Assembly: GCA_043821645.1 (NCBI GenBank)
Contig: JBDRCO010000068.1
Span: 291,802-355,801, forward strand
From: Pseudomonadota bacterium
GTDB lineage: Bacteria; Myxococcota; JACRCW01; JAFGSX01
Reading direction: 5' to 3'
Length of the DNA stretch: 64,000 bases
Positions 1 through 8,959 of the stretch are shown here, one piece after another. Positions within the stretch are counted from its first letter, which is position 1. Each line of letters starts with the position of its first letter. The notes beneath the pieces are model-generated. The model did no database searches. It was not told the DNA's origin and saw only the letters and a list, made by a program, of their open reading frames with translations. The translations under genes and the position numbers were made by a program.

Positions 1-1
1 C

Positions 2-328
2 GTGCAGCGCCCCAGCAGCGGGCTGTTTGCGGGGCTGTGGGAGCTGCCCTCGGCAGAGGTTTCCGCCAAAGCGCCACGCTGCACCATCGCGTGCGAGCTG
101 ACACAGGCGCTTGGCACCCAGGTCACCCTCGGCCCCAAGCTGGGGTCGGTGGAGAGAACCCTCAGCCACCGTGACCTCAGGCTCGAGGCTTACGCTGTCG
201 ACGTCCTGGCGGTTCCCAACCTGAACCGACCACAGCGCTTCGTGAGGCGCGCGAACTGGTCCCGGCTGGGCCTGGCCACGGCCCTGCGGGAGCTGCTCAA
301 GGTCCTTGAACACACCGCGGGGGCGTGA
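2..328 (+). CDS. mutY: A/G-specific adenine glycosylase MutY, C-terminal NUDIX-like domain (5' part outside window)
   Basis: QRPxxGLxAGLWE(L/F)P and 'vxxxLSHRDLxL' motifs typical of the MutY C-terminus. Confidence 0.8.
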   Translation: MQRPSSGLFAGLWELPSAEVSAKAPRCTIACELTQALGTQVTLGPKLGSVERTLSHRDLRLEAYAVDVLAVPNLNRPQRFVRRANWSRLGLATALRELLKVLEHTAGA

Positions 329-475
329 GAACCCGACAGGCTCGGCGACCTGCACAGCACAGGGTGGACGGACGACGAGAACCGTGGGCTGAGATAGAAC
401 GTCCTGTTCTCCAGCTCCTCGTGCTGGCATGACGACAAGGATGCGCGTGGGATGGCCCGTGCTGGGGTGATACCA

Positions 476-1648
476 ATGAGCAGACGAGATGCCTTCGAGG
501 CCGCCCTGAACGCTGTGCTGGGTGACTACCTCGAGGCGCGCGAGAGCAGCCTGGCAATCCAGATGGGGCTCTACCGCCGAGGACAGCCCCTCGACGAGTT
601 GCCGCACGGCACCGCGAAGCTCTGTGTGCTGGTACACGGCATGGCCTGCAACGAGCGCTGCTGGGCTTATCCCGACGACCCGGACACGGACTACGGCGTG
701 CTGCTCGAAAAAGAGCATGGGCTGACACCGCTGTATGTCCGCTACAACACCGGGTTGACCATACGCACCAGCGGGCAACACCTGGCAGCACTGCTGCAAT
801 CCGTGGTCGACCGATCGCCGGTGCCGGTGCAGGAGCTCACGCTCATCGGCCACAGCCTGGGCGGGCTGTTGATCCGCAGCGCCTGCCATCAAGGCCAGCA
901 GAGTTCGTGGTTGCCGCTGGTCCGGCGCGCGTTCTACCTGGGCTCGCCGCACCTCGGCTCACCGCTCGAGAAGGCAGGTCACGTGGCGACGTCTGTGCTG
1001 CACGCGATCGACGACCCCGTGGTGCAGCTCCTGGGCGATCTGGCCGAGGTTCGCAGTGCGGCGGTCAAGGACCTGAGGTACGGCACCCTGGCGAACGACG
1101 GGGCACCCGTGCCGCTCGACGAGCGCATCGAGCACTATCTGGTTGCCGGGTCCTTGCCCGGCCCCCTGGCCGCGCTGCTTGGTGACGGCGTGGTCAGGGT
1201 CGCCAGCGCCACCGGTGTGAGCGCATCCAGGGCCGGAGCAGTGGATGCGGTCGGGCTGTTTCCCGGGCTGCACCACATGGCGATCCTGCACCACCCGAAA
1301 GTCTACGCATGGATCGCTCGTCGCTGCGGTCCTGCTCAGCCGACCATCCCGGTCGCGCCCAGTCTGCGCGCCTACCCCCGAGGCGGACGCGTCGGCGCCT
1401 ACCTCGAATTGCTCGAGGACGCGGTCGACAAGGGATCGTCGGCGGTGCAGGAGGTCCACGAGGCCATCGCCGAGCGCACCTACAACATCATCGAGGCCAT
1501 CCCTCCTCTGCGGGCGCCAAGCCGTGCAGCACGCGCGGCGCATTTCAGAGTGTTGCGCGGGACCTATGCGACGCTGCGGCTGGTGAACAGCTTGCTGGGT
1601 GCCGTGACCAATGCCCGTGCTGACGACGAGGAAGCCGGACCGTCCTGA
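476..1648 (+). CDS. alpha/beta hydrolase (PGAP1/lipase-like) with C-terminal helical extension
   Basis: LVHGM oxyanion motif, RYNTG, GHSLGG nucleophile elbow, LGSPHLGSPLE, GDGVV Asp, HMAILHHP His; start could also be 452. Confidence 0.85.
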   Translation: MSRRDAFEAALNAVLGDYLEARESSLAIQMGLYRRGQPLDELPHGTAKLCVLVHGMACNERCWAYPDDPDTDYGVLLEKEHGLTPLYVRYNTGLTIRTSGQHLAALLQSVVDRSPVPVQELTLIGHSLGGLLIRSACHQGQQSSWLPLVRRAFYLGSPHLGSPLEKAGHVATSVLHAIDDPVVQLLGDLAEVRSAAVKDLRYGTLANDGAPVPLDERIEHYLVAGSLPGPLAALLGDGVVRVASATGVSASRAGAVDAVGLFPGLHHMAILHHPKVYAWIARRCGPAQPTIPVAPSLRAYPRGGRVGAYLELLEDAVDKGSSAVQEVHEAIAERTYNIIEAIPPLRAPSRAARAAHFRVLRGTYATLRLVNSLLGAVTNARADDEEAGPS

Positions 1649-1973
1649 CGAATACCCGAGGGTGTAGCTGCGATGGATGCGCAGATCCCTCGCCACACCC
1701 CGATCCAGGACCGCAGCTTCGCAATGATTTCTGGACGAAACGAGTGTTGTTTGGCGAGTGCGTAGCTTGCCTGGCTGTCAGAGCAGAGCTTCGTGCAACC
1801 GTCCGTCAAGGAGACCCTGCGCGGGTTTGAGCAGCCGATCAAGGTGGTCGAAAGGTAACTGGACCGCGACAAGTCTAGAAGCCGTGGCACATGCTAGTCT
1901 GGGCCACGTGCACATGGCCTGGGCACTCACTCAACAGGTGGGCCAACCCTCGAACCTTGCCGGAGTAACTCCC

Positions 1974-2399
1974 ATGCGTGCTGCTCTCATCGCTCCGGCA
2001 ATCTTTCTCTTTCTCGAGCTCACCAACGTGATCGCGATGTACGTCGTGCCGGGCTCCAAGCAGGCCAACGCGGTGGGTGTGTTCAGCGCCTGGGAAAAAT
2101 CCAAGGCCGACCCCGAGCTGCACGCCTTCGTGCGCTACCTGGTGTACTGGGTGGCGGGAACGAAGGTGATCTTCATCGCCCTGCTCAGCACGATCCTGGT
2201 GTTCGGCGACGCCAGGCTCCAGGCCGTGGCCTTGCTGGCCATGGTGGCCTCGATCGCGACCTTCTACTGGAAGTTGTTCCCGCTGATCCGGAAGATGGAC
2301 CGCGCGGGTCAGATCACTCCCAAGCACTACTCGGCCATGCTCGGTGTGATGATCGCGGGTTTCATGCTGGCGTTGGGGGTCTCGGCCTGGATGCTCTAG
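1974..2399 (+). CDS. small integral membrane protein (about 4 TM)
   Basis: GGAG RBS before ATG 1974; several hydrophobic segments; a degenerate paralog sits at about 34.2 kb. Confidence 0.7.
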   Translation: MRAALIAPAIFLFLELTNVIAMYVVPGSKQANAVGVFSAWEKSKADPELHAFVRYLVYWVAGTKVIFIALLSTILVFGDARLQAVALLAMVASIATFYWKLFPLIRKMDRAGQITPKHYSAMLGVMIAGFMLALGVSAWML

Positions 2400-2592
2400 A
2401 GTGGATTCGAATCAACCCAGGGATGAACTGCTCGTGTCTGACACCTTTCTCCTGAAGGGTGTCGAGGCGCGCAAGCGTCACCAGCGCTTGGTGCTGGACG
2501 CGGGGTAGTCGCGGTATCCGCAAAGTGCGCCGTGTCGAGACCTCGGCTCCTTCAACGACTCCGACCCCGGTTCTGCTGGGGTGCCTGCTGGT

Positions 2593-4521
2593 TCACAAGC
2601 GCAGCTCGCGGATCAGCGGCATCGCCACCTCGCGCACCACGGCGCTGGCCTGGGCGGGTGGTGCCTGCAGGATGAACGCAAAGCCACCGCCGGCGTGCGC
2701 GGTCCAGTACAGCAAGCGGCGTCGCTGGCCACCGTGGCCATCGGCCTCGTCCCAGATCGCCTGTCGCCACAGCCGCCCGGCGACCGGCTCGACGTGCTCG
2801 GCCAGGATGGGCCCGTGGATCTGAGCGCGCCACTGCGCATAGTCCTGCCGGCCCACGCCGCCTTGGATCTCGGCGACACCATCGTCGTGGCGCTCCCCGT
2901 CGCTGGGCGCGGCGACAAAGCCCTGCCCGTGCCAGCGCACCCTCCAGCTCGCTGGCAGCCCGAAGGCGACCCGGCCGTCCGGGGACTCCACGCTCTGACG
3001 GTCCCCGCGTCGAGATCGCAGCTTGCCGAAGTTGCCCTGCAGCACACCCGTCACCTGCAGCGCAAAGGGCTCGCCGTCCTCGGACAGCTGAAAGTGCCCG
3101 GAGCAGGTACGGGCGAAGCTGCGCAGCACCACCTTGACGGGATTGACGAAGTCGACCTCCAGGCGCTGGCGGTAGGGGCCCATGGTGTAGGTCGCGACCA
3201 GACCCTCGCCACCACCGCGGTCGATGTCGATGCGCCCCACCTTGCCGAGGTAGCTGCCGAGATAGCGCTGCGCCTCGGTGGCGGAGATGCGGAAGCGGTT
3301 GCTCGAGGGATCGCTGCGCCGGGGCAAGGCAAAGGAAGACGGTGGCTCACCGTTGACCAGGTGGAGGATGTTGTTGGCCAGCCAGGGCAGTGGCCGGTAG
3401 CGGTAGCGGTCACCGGGCTCGGTGTTGATCAGCAGACTCACCGCGCTGCCGGTGGCCGGGTCGATCAGGGTCTCGCTGGCGCTGGAGTAGCTGGCGCCGG
3501 CGTGGTGGACGATGGTTCGACCTTCGATCGTCGAGATCATCCAGCCCAGGCCGTAGCCGATGTCGTCGCCGTTTCCGCCCTCCTCGACAGCCAGACCCGG
3601 GGCGTGGATCACCGGCGTCCAGAGCCGCTCGACACTGGGCGGCTGCAGCAGCTGCTGTCCGTCCAGGGTACCGCCACCGAGCAGGGCGATCAGATAGCGC
3701 CCGAGGTCGTTGGCCGAGGCATGCAGCATCGAGCCCGCCGGCATGGCGATGGCCTGGTAGAAGGCGGGAGCCGCCACGGCGCGCTGCAGGTCAGGCCAGT
3801 GGCCGTGCAGGGCGCCGATGCGCGAGAAATCCTCGAGCGCCGTGCTCGAGCGCTTCATGCCCAGCGGCCCGAGCACCCTGGCGTTCAGATAGTCCGGATA
3901 GCTCAGGCCGCTGACCTGCTCGATCACCACGCCGAGCACGTTGAATCCCTCGTTGCTGTACTCGAAGGACAGCCCCGGCGCGCGCCGGCACTGGTAGCTG
4001 CGCAATGCCCGAACCCCGCGCTCGATGGCGGCGCTGTCGGTGTCGGTGTCCCAGATCCACGACGCGTCCTGGCTGGGCAAGCCCGAGCTGTTGCTCAGCA
4101 GCATGCGCAAGGTCATCTGCTCGCTGCACGCCGGGTCGGCGGTCTGAAACCAGGGCAGATAGCGCTGCACCGGCGCGTCGAGCTGCAGTCGGCCCTGTTC
4201 GACCAGCTGCATCACCGCCAGGGCCGTGAAGGACTTGGTGAGCGAGCCCACCCCGACCGAAGAATCGGCGCTCATCGGCGTGGGCTCGCCCGCGCGTTCG
4301 ACGCCGTAGCCCGCCGAGAACACAATTCGGCCGCCCTGGACGACCACTGCGGACAGACCCGGCGCGCTCCCCTGGCGCTGGTATTCGACCAGCATGGCGT
4401 CGAGCTGAGCCCGCCAGCCGAGCTCGCTCGCGGCCGACGCCGTCGGCGCGGCGAGCAGCAGCCCGGCCACCAGGGCCCGGCTCAAGAAACCGCCAACGAA
4501 TCGATGCGAGAGAGTTTTCAT
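2593..4521 (-). CDS. secreted serine hydrolase, beta-lactamase class C/AmpC-like family, with C-terminal extension
   Basis: Signal peptide; SxxK (GSLTKSF), YSN, PAG, YGLGW and HAG motifs. Confidence 0.9.
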   Translation of the reverse strand: MKTLSHRFVGGFLSRALVAGLLLAAPTASAASELGWRAQLDAMLVEYQRQGSAPGLSAVVVQGGRIVFSAGYGVERAGEPTPMSADSSVGVGSLTKSFTALAVMQLVEQGRLQLDAPVQRYLPWFQTADPACSEQMTLRMLLSNSSGLPSQDASWIWDTDTDSAAIERGVRALRSYQCRRAPGLSFEYSNEGFNVLGVVIEQVSGLSYPDYLNARVLGPLGMKRSSTALEDFSRIGALHGHWPDLQRAVAAPAFYQAIAMPAGSMLHASANDLGRYLIALLGGGTLDGQQLLQPPSVERLWTPVIHAPGLAVEEGGNGDDIGYGLGWMISTIEGRTIVHHAGASYSSASETLIDPATGSAVSLLINTEPGDRYRYRPLPWLANNILHLVNGEPPSSFALPRRSDPSSNRFRISATEAQRYLGSYLGKVGRIDIDRGGGEGLVATYTMGPYRQRLEVDFVNPVKVVLRSFARTCSGHFQLSEDGEPFALQVTGVLQGNFGKLRSRRGDRQSVESPDGRVAFGLPASWRVRWHGQGFVAAPSDGERHDDGVAEIQGGVGRQDYAQWRAQIHGPILAEHVEPVAGRLWRQAIWDEADGHGGQRRRLLYWTAHAGGGFAFILQAPPAQASAVVREVAMPLIRELRL

Positions 4522-4525
4522 GTTG

Positions 4526-6889
4526 TCACTCCACCACCAGCGACCGGACCTGGATGGCCACCACCGGGCGCGCTGCGATCCAGGCTGCCCAGCTGCACAG
4601 CAGGACCAGCAGCACTGCCACGGCGAGGCTGGCGGGCAGGTGGACGCTGAGCGGAAAGCTGAGGAAACCGAGCTTGGCGAAGGCCCCGTCGAGCAGCGGT
4701 CTGCTGCCGACAGCCCACAGCAGCGCTCCGAGCACCATCCCGAGGCTGCTGAGCAGAGCGGCCTTGACGGTCAGCAAGCCCCGCAGCTGCAGCGGTGTCA
4801 TGCCGGCCGCCTTGAGCACGCCCAGGGTCCGACGCTGCTCGCGTACATCCATGAGTGTCGCCGAGGCGATGAACACCAGGGCCACCAGCAAGAAGATCAA
4901 CACCGCGCTGCTGAAGGCCGCCGTCATCGAGCCCACGATGCTGCGAACGACGGAGGCCACGAAGCGATCGCCCGGCTCGGCGTCCACGGTCTCGCCGAGC
5001 TGTTTCTCGATGGTCGCGATCAGCTGCTGCCGATCATTGCCGGCGGCGAGCCCCAGCGCATAGCTGCGCGGCTGGTAGATGGGATCGACCTGGCGCAGCG
5101 TGTCGGCGTGCAGACGAAAGCCCTGCCCCAGGTTCTGCACCGACTGGTACAGACCGGTCACCCGCAGCTGCAGCTGCCGCCCCTGCAGCATCAGCGCATA
5201 GGTCTGCCCCACCTCGACGCCGTCGTCGCGCGCCGTGCCCAGCGCCAGGCTGATCTCGCCAGGAGCCTGGGGGTGGCGACCCCGGGCGTTGAGAAACCCG
5301 GCCGCGGCGAAGTCGCCGTCGACCGCGGTGCCGATGAGCGTGCGCGAGGATCTCCCGGCGCGCGCCGGCGCGGCCCCTTCGACCAGGTAGTCGACCGCCA
5401 CCACCGAGCGCACCCCCGGCTGGTCCGCCAGGCGATGCACCAGCTCGCCGTGCTCGAGCTGAAGACGCCTGGCCTGGCGATGCACCCGCACCTCGGCGCC
5501 GTCAAAGCCCCATCGGGGCAGCTCGGCGCCCATGCGGGAGAAGGAGCTGATCAGGTTGACCGAGAACAGCACCATGAAGGCCGTCGCCGCGACGGTGAGC
5601 GTGGCCAGCAGTGCCCGGCGCGGCCGCGCCTGAAGGTCGCGCAGGGCCAGCAACAGCGCGGTCGGCGCGCCGGCCCAGGAGACCTGTTGCCGCGACTGCC
5701 GAGCGCTGGGTGGCGGACCGCCATGGCGGATAGCATCGATGCTGCGCACCTGTCCCGCGCGGCGGCCGAGGAGCGCGGTCACCAGCACGATCACCCCCAG
5801 CAGTCCGGCGAAGGTCGCCAGCCCGATGAGCAGCCGGGGCGCCTCGACCTGGGTGACCGCGAGAGCGCGCAGCAGGAACCCCAGGGTGACCTCGCTGAGC
5901 AGCAAGCCGCCGACGATGCCAGGAGGGAGCGCCAGCAGCGCCAGCACCGCGAACACCGCCAGATAGATCCCCGTCAGCTGACGCGGCGTGAAGCCCTGCG
6001 CCTTGAGCACACCGATCTGCCGGTAGTCCGCGAGCACCGCGCTGGTCAGGGTGGTGGAGATCAAGAACAGCGCCACGCCCAGGGCGATCAGCGCGAACAC
6101 CATCAGCAGGACAGCGACGAAGCTGGCCACCGCGGTGTAGGAGGCCAGCACGGTCTCGTGGCGAAGCGCCCTGCCGTTGAACCCGCCACCGGTCCAGGCG
6201 GCGAAGGCATCCCACAGCTTCGCCATCTGCGCCGGGTCATTCAGCCGGACGCCGAGCATGCACACGCCAAGCGAGCTGGCAGGAAACAGCAGCGACAGCG
6301 CGCCGGGGGCGGTCCAGACCCGGGTCGGATTCATGAACGCACTGCTGAACTGTGGGTCGACCACCACCGCGGCCACCCGCAGCGACACGAGTCCGTTGGG
6401 CACCGGCATCGAGATGAGATCGCCGACCTCGAGCCCGCTGGCGTGAGCCAGGGCCGTGGGAATCCAGATCTCACCCGGACCCGGTGACGTGCGCTCAGCG
6501 CCGTCGACAAAGGCGAGCTGGTCCTGGGCCATCGGCGCAGCGGGCCGCTCGACCAGATAGAAGGTGCTGCTGAGCTCGACGCCCTGGTGCAGCGAGGCCT
6601 CGGTGGTCTCGACCATGGCCAGCACCGGGGTGACCCGGTCCACCTCGGGCTTCTGCCGCCACCAGTCGGCGAGCTCCGCGGCGTCGTAGAGCAAGCTGTC
6701 GAAGGTGAGCACCAGGTGAGAGGCCCGCTGACGCTCGAACATCCGCTCGAAGGGCTTGTTCAGGCTGACCAGCAACGTGACCGCAGACGACAGCATCAGC
6801 GCGCTGGCGGCCAGCATGACCGCGACCAGGACACTCTGGCCGATGCGCCGACGCAGCAAAGAGCCGACGAGAATGATCAGGCCCGACAT
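4526..6889 (-). CDS. ABC transporter permease, MacB/FtsX family (duplicated architecture)
   Basis: Two 'R.(I/L)GVLKA.G(F/M)TP.QL' FtsX signatures with periplasmic loops; ATG 6889 follows the ATPase stop directly. Confidence 0.9.
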   Translation of the reverse strand: MSGLIILVGSLLRRRIGQSVLVAVMLAASALMLSSAVTLLVSLNKPFERMFERQRASHLVLTFDSLLYDAAELADWWRQKPEVDRVTPVLAMVETTEASLHQGVELSSTFYLVERPAAPMAQDQLAFVDGAERTSPGPGEIWIPTALAHASGLEVGDLISMPVPNGLVSLRVAAVVVDPQFSSAFMNPTRVWTAPGALSLLFPASSLGVCMLGVRLNDPAQMAKLWDAFAAWTGGGFNGRALRHETVLASYTAVASFVAVLLMVFALIALGVALFLISTTLTSAVLADYRQIGVLKAQGFTPRQLTGIYLAVFAVLALLALPPGIVGGLLLSEVTLGFLLRALAVTQVEAPRLLIGLATFAGLLGVIVLVTALLGRRAGQVRSIDAIRHGGPPPSARQSRQQVSWAGAPTALLLALRDLQARPRRALLATLTVAATAFMVLFSVNLISSFSRMGAELPRWGFDGAEVRVHRQARRLQLEHGELVHRLADQPGVRSVVAVDYLVEGAAPARAGRSSRTLIGTAVDGDFAAAGFLNARGRHPQAPGEISLALGTARDDGVEVGQTYALMLQGRQLQLRVTGLYQSVQNLGQGFRLHADTLRQVDPIYQPRSYALGLAAGNDRQQLIATIEKQLGETVDAEPGDRFVASVVRSIVGSMTAAFSSAVLIFLLVALVFIASATLMDVREQRRTLGVLKAAGMTPLQLRGLLTVKAALLSSLGMVLGALLWAVGSRPLLDGAFAKLGFLSFPLSVHLPASLAVAVLLVLLCSWAAWIAARPVVAIQVRSLVVE

Positions 6890-6890
6890 C

Positions 6891-7634
6891 TCACCACCCC
6901 CGCTGTTTGAGCCAGCCGAAGAGCTCACTTGCCTGCCCGTCCACCTGGCCACCGGCCTCGCGGTCGAGCCGCCGTTCGCCGACCACCCGACCGTCGCGCA
7001 TCAGCAGAAGGCGGTCCCCACGACAGGCCGCTGCGACATCGTGCGTCGCCATGACCACGGTCTGCCCGGCGGCGTGGAGCTCGCCGAGCAGGTCGAGCAC
7101 CTGCAGCCCCGCCCTGGAGTTGAGCGAACCCGTGGGCTCGTCAGCGAACAGGACCTCGGGACAGTTGATGAGCGACCGGGCGATGGCCGCGCGCTGCTGC
7201 TCTCCACCCGAGATCTCCGCAGGACGGCGGTCGGCGAGCTCACCGATCCCCACCCGCTCGAGCAGGGCCCGCGCCCGCGCTTGCAGCTGCCGACGATCGC
7301 GCTCGAGCAAGGCGCCCACCACCACCAGGTTCTCGAGCAGGGTCAGGTCGGGCACCAGATGCACCGCCTGAAACACGAAGCCCATGCTCCGCCGGCGCAG
7401 CAGCGCCAGGCCGGTCTCGTCGAGCAGGTCGACCCGCTGCGCGCCGAACCAGACCTCACCGCTGCTCACCTGCTCGAGGCCCGACAGCAGGTACAGCAGC
7501 GTCGACTTGCCAGACCCCGAGCAGCCCATCAGGACGGTGAAGCTGCCGGCCTCGATCTCGAGCTCGATGCCGTCGACCGCGCGGACCGGGGCACTGCCGG
7601 CGTGGTAGGTCTTGCAGAGCTTGCGCGCCGTCAT
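6891..7634 (-). CDS. ABC transporter ATP-binding subunit (LolD/MacB-like)
   Basis: Walker A GCSGSGKST, ISGGEQQR, ADEPTG, ATHD. Start set at ATG 7634 because an operator-like site lies at 7691-7709. Confidence 0.92.
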   Translation of the reverse strand: MTARKLCKTYHAGSAPVRAVDGIELEIEAGSFTVLMGCSGSGKSTLLYLLSGLEQVSSGEVWFGAQRVDLLDETGLALLRRRSMGFVFQAVHLVPDLTLLENLVVVGALLERDRRQLQARARALLERVGIGELADRRPAEISGGEQQRAAIARSLINCPEVLFADEPTGSLNSRAGLQVLDLLGELHAAGQTVVMATHDVAAACRGDRLLLMRDGRVVGERRLDREAGGQVDGQASELFGWLKQRGW

Positions 7635-7690
7635 CAAGGTCGGGGGCCCGGCCCGATCGAGCTGAGCAGCTGGCCCCCCTGGTTGGATTG

Positions 7691-7709
7691 AAACCGACTG
7701 GTCGGTCTT
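7691..7709. promoter_or_regulatory. putative TetR operator 1
   Basis: AAACCGACTGGTCGGTCTT contains the palindrome ACCGAC-TG-GTCGGT; 16/19 identical to the site at 8396-8414. Confidence 0.65.
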
Positions 7710-7763
7710 GTTATTGGCCAGATGGGTGTCGTACATGCCGTCCTCTTCTCGAGGTCAGAAGCC

Positions 7764-8378
7764 TCAGCCGCGGTTTCTAGGGGTCAGATCGACGATGGCG
7801 CGCAGGGTCTGGATGTATTTCTTGGCATCGAGTTCCGGGCGCATGGCCAGCAGGTTCTTGAACCCCTCGTGCATGGAGCCCAGACAGGCCATCAGGTATT
7901 CGGGGTCCAGGCTCGGCTCGATCCGGCCCTGGCGTTGCAGGTCGGTGATCAGAGCGACGAAGTGCGCCACCACCGCGACGGACTGGGCCTGACCCATCTC
8001 GCGCAGCGCCGGGTCGTGCAGCATCTCGGCCTTGAAGGCGATGTCGAGGTGGAGCGCGTTGCGAGCCCGATCGTCGAGTGGATCGAACATCAGAAAGTAG
8101 ACCTCGAAGATGTCCAGCAGGTCGCCGCTCTCGCCGGACTGCTCCAGGCGCTGCTGGAGCATGTCCTTGGTCTGCTGCTCCCAGTTGTTGAGCACGCCCT
8201 GGATGATCTCCTGCTTGCTGTCGAAGTAGCCGTAGACCGCGCCCCGGCTGAGTCCGGACTCCTCGCAGATGTCGTCCATGGTGGCCGGGTGAATGCCCTT
8301 GCGGGCAAAGCAGGTCACCGCAGCCTCCAGGATCTGCAGCCGCCGCTCCTGCTTGTGCTCTTCGCTCACCTTCGGCAC
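7764..8378 (-). CDS. TetR/AcrR family transcriptional regulator
   Basis: N-terminal HTH 'ILEAAVTCFARKG..ATMDDICEESGLSRGAVYGYFDSKQEI'. Confidence 0.95.
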   Translation of the reverse strand: MPKVSEEHKQERRLQILEAAVTCFARKGIHPATMDDICEESGLSRGAVYGYFDSKQEIIQGVLNNWEQQTKDMLQQRLEQSGESGDLLDIFEVYFLMFDPLDDRARNALHLDIAFKAEMLHDPALREMGQAQSVAVVAHFVALITDLQRQGRIEPSLDPEYLMACLGSMHEGFKNLLAMRPELDAKKYIQTLRAIVDLTPRNRG

Positions 8379-8395
8379 TGTGCCCTCACTTATAT

Positions 8396-8414
8396 AAACC
8401 GACTATACGGTCTT
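8396..8414. promoter_or_regulatory. putative TetR operator 2 (autoregulatory)
   Basis: AAACCGACTATACGGTCTT in the AT-rich region just upstream of the tetR start. Confidence 0.65.
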
Positions 8415-8959
8415 TTTATACTGTTCCCAGCAGCCGTGCAATGATTTTTGCTCTCCTTAAAATATCCATAATAATTTAAGAGTGTTGCCGGATGCATCTG
8501 CGCCCTCTGCCGGTCGAGGAGGCAAAGCTCACTCGCTCGAAGATCATCTTCGGAGCGGCCAGGAAAACCCGAGCTGTTCAAGAACGGTGCCGCCCCCAGG
8601 GCAACCGCGATCGGCTAGGGCTGGTAGGTCTCCCAGCCCTGCATGCTACCGGCGGTCCAGTCCGGGTAGCAGTAGTCCGCTTTCTCGTCCGAGGGGTTCA
8701 TCTCGGCAGGAACGCTGAAGCAGACCAGCTCACCGTTGCAGCCGCCGTCGTCCTTGCAGGACGACGCGGTCGAGCTGTTCATCGACGCCAACCGCGATCG
8801 GCTGGCGAGCTACGGCGACGACCGCGGCTGGACAGCGACCGACCTGCTCAATGCATTGCAGGAACTTCTCTCGTCGGCAGGGCACGTCCAGGCATCGGAG
8901 ACGACGCGGTGATTCGTGGGGATCCGCCAGGTTCTGTCCCCGTCCGCCCCTCCCCCGCC

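Noticed and set aside
1780-1858. 'KETLRGFEQPIKVVER*' resembling the end of a class III cyclase domain
   Set aside because: Too short and without a supporting upstream frame.
2581-6487. Long plus-strand ORFs (689 and 655 aa), and similar antisense ORFs elsewhere such as 39881-42706 and 47167-49395
   Set aside because: They are shadows of real genes on the opposite strand, expected in high-GC DNA, and show no protein motifs.
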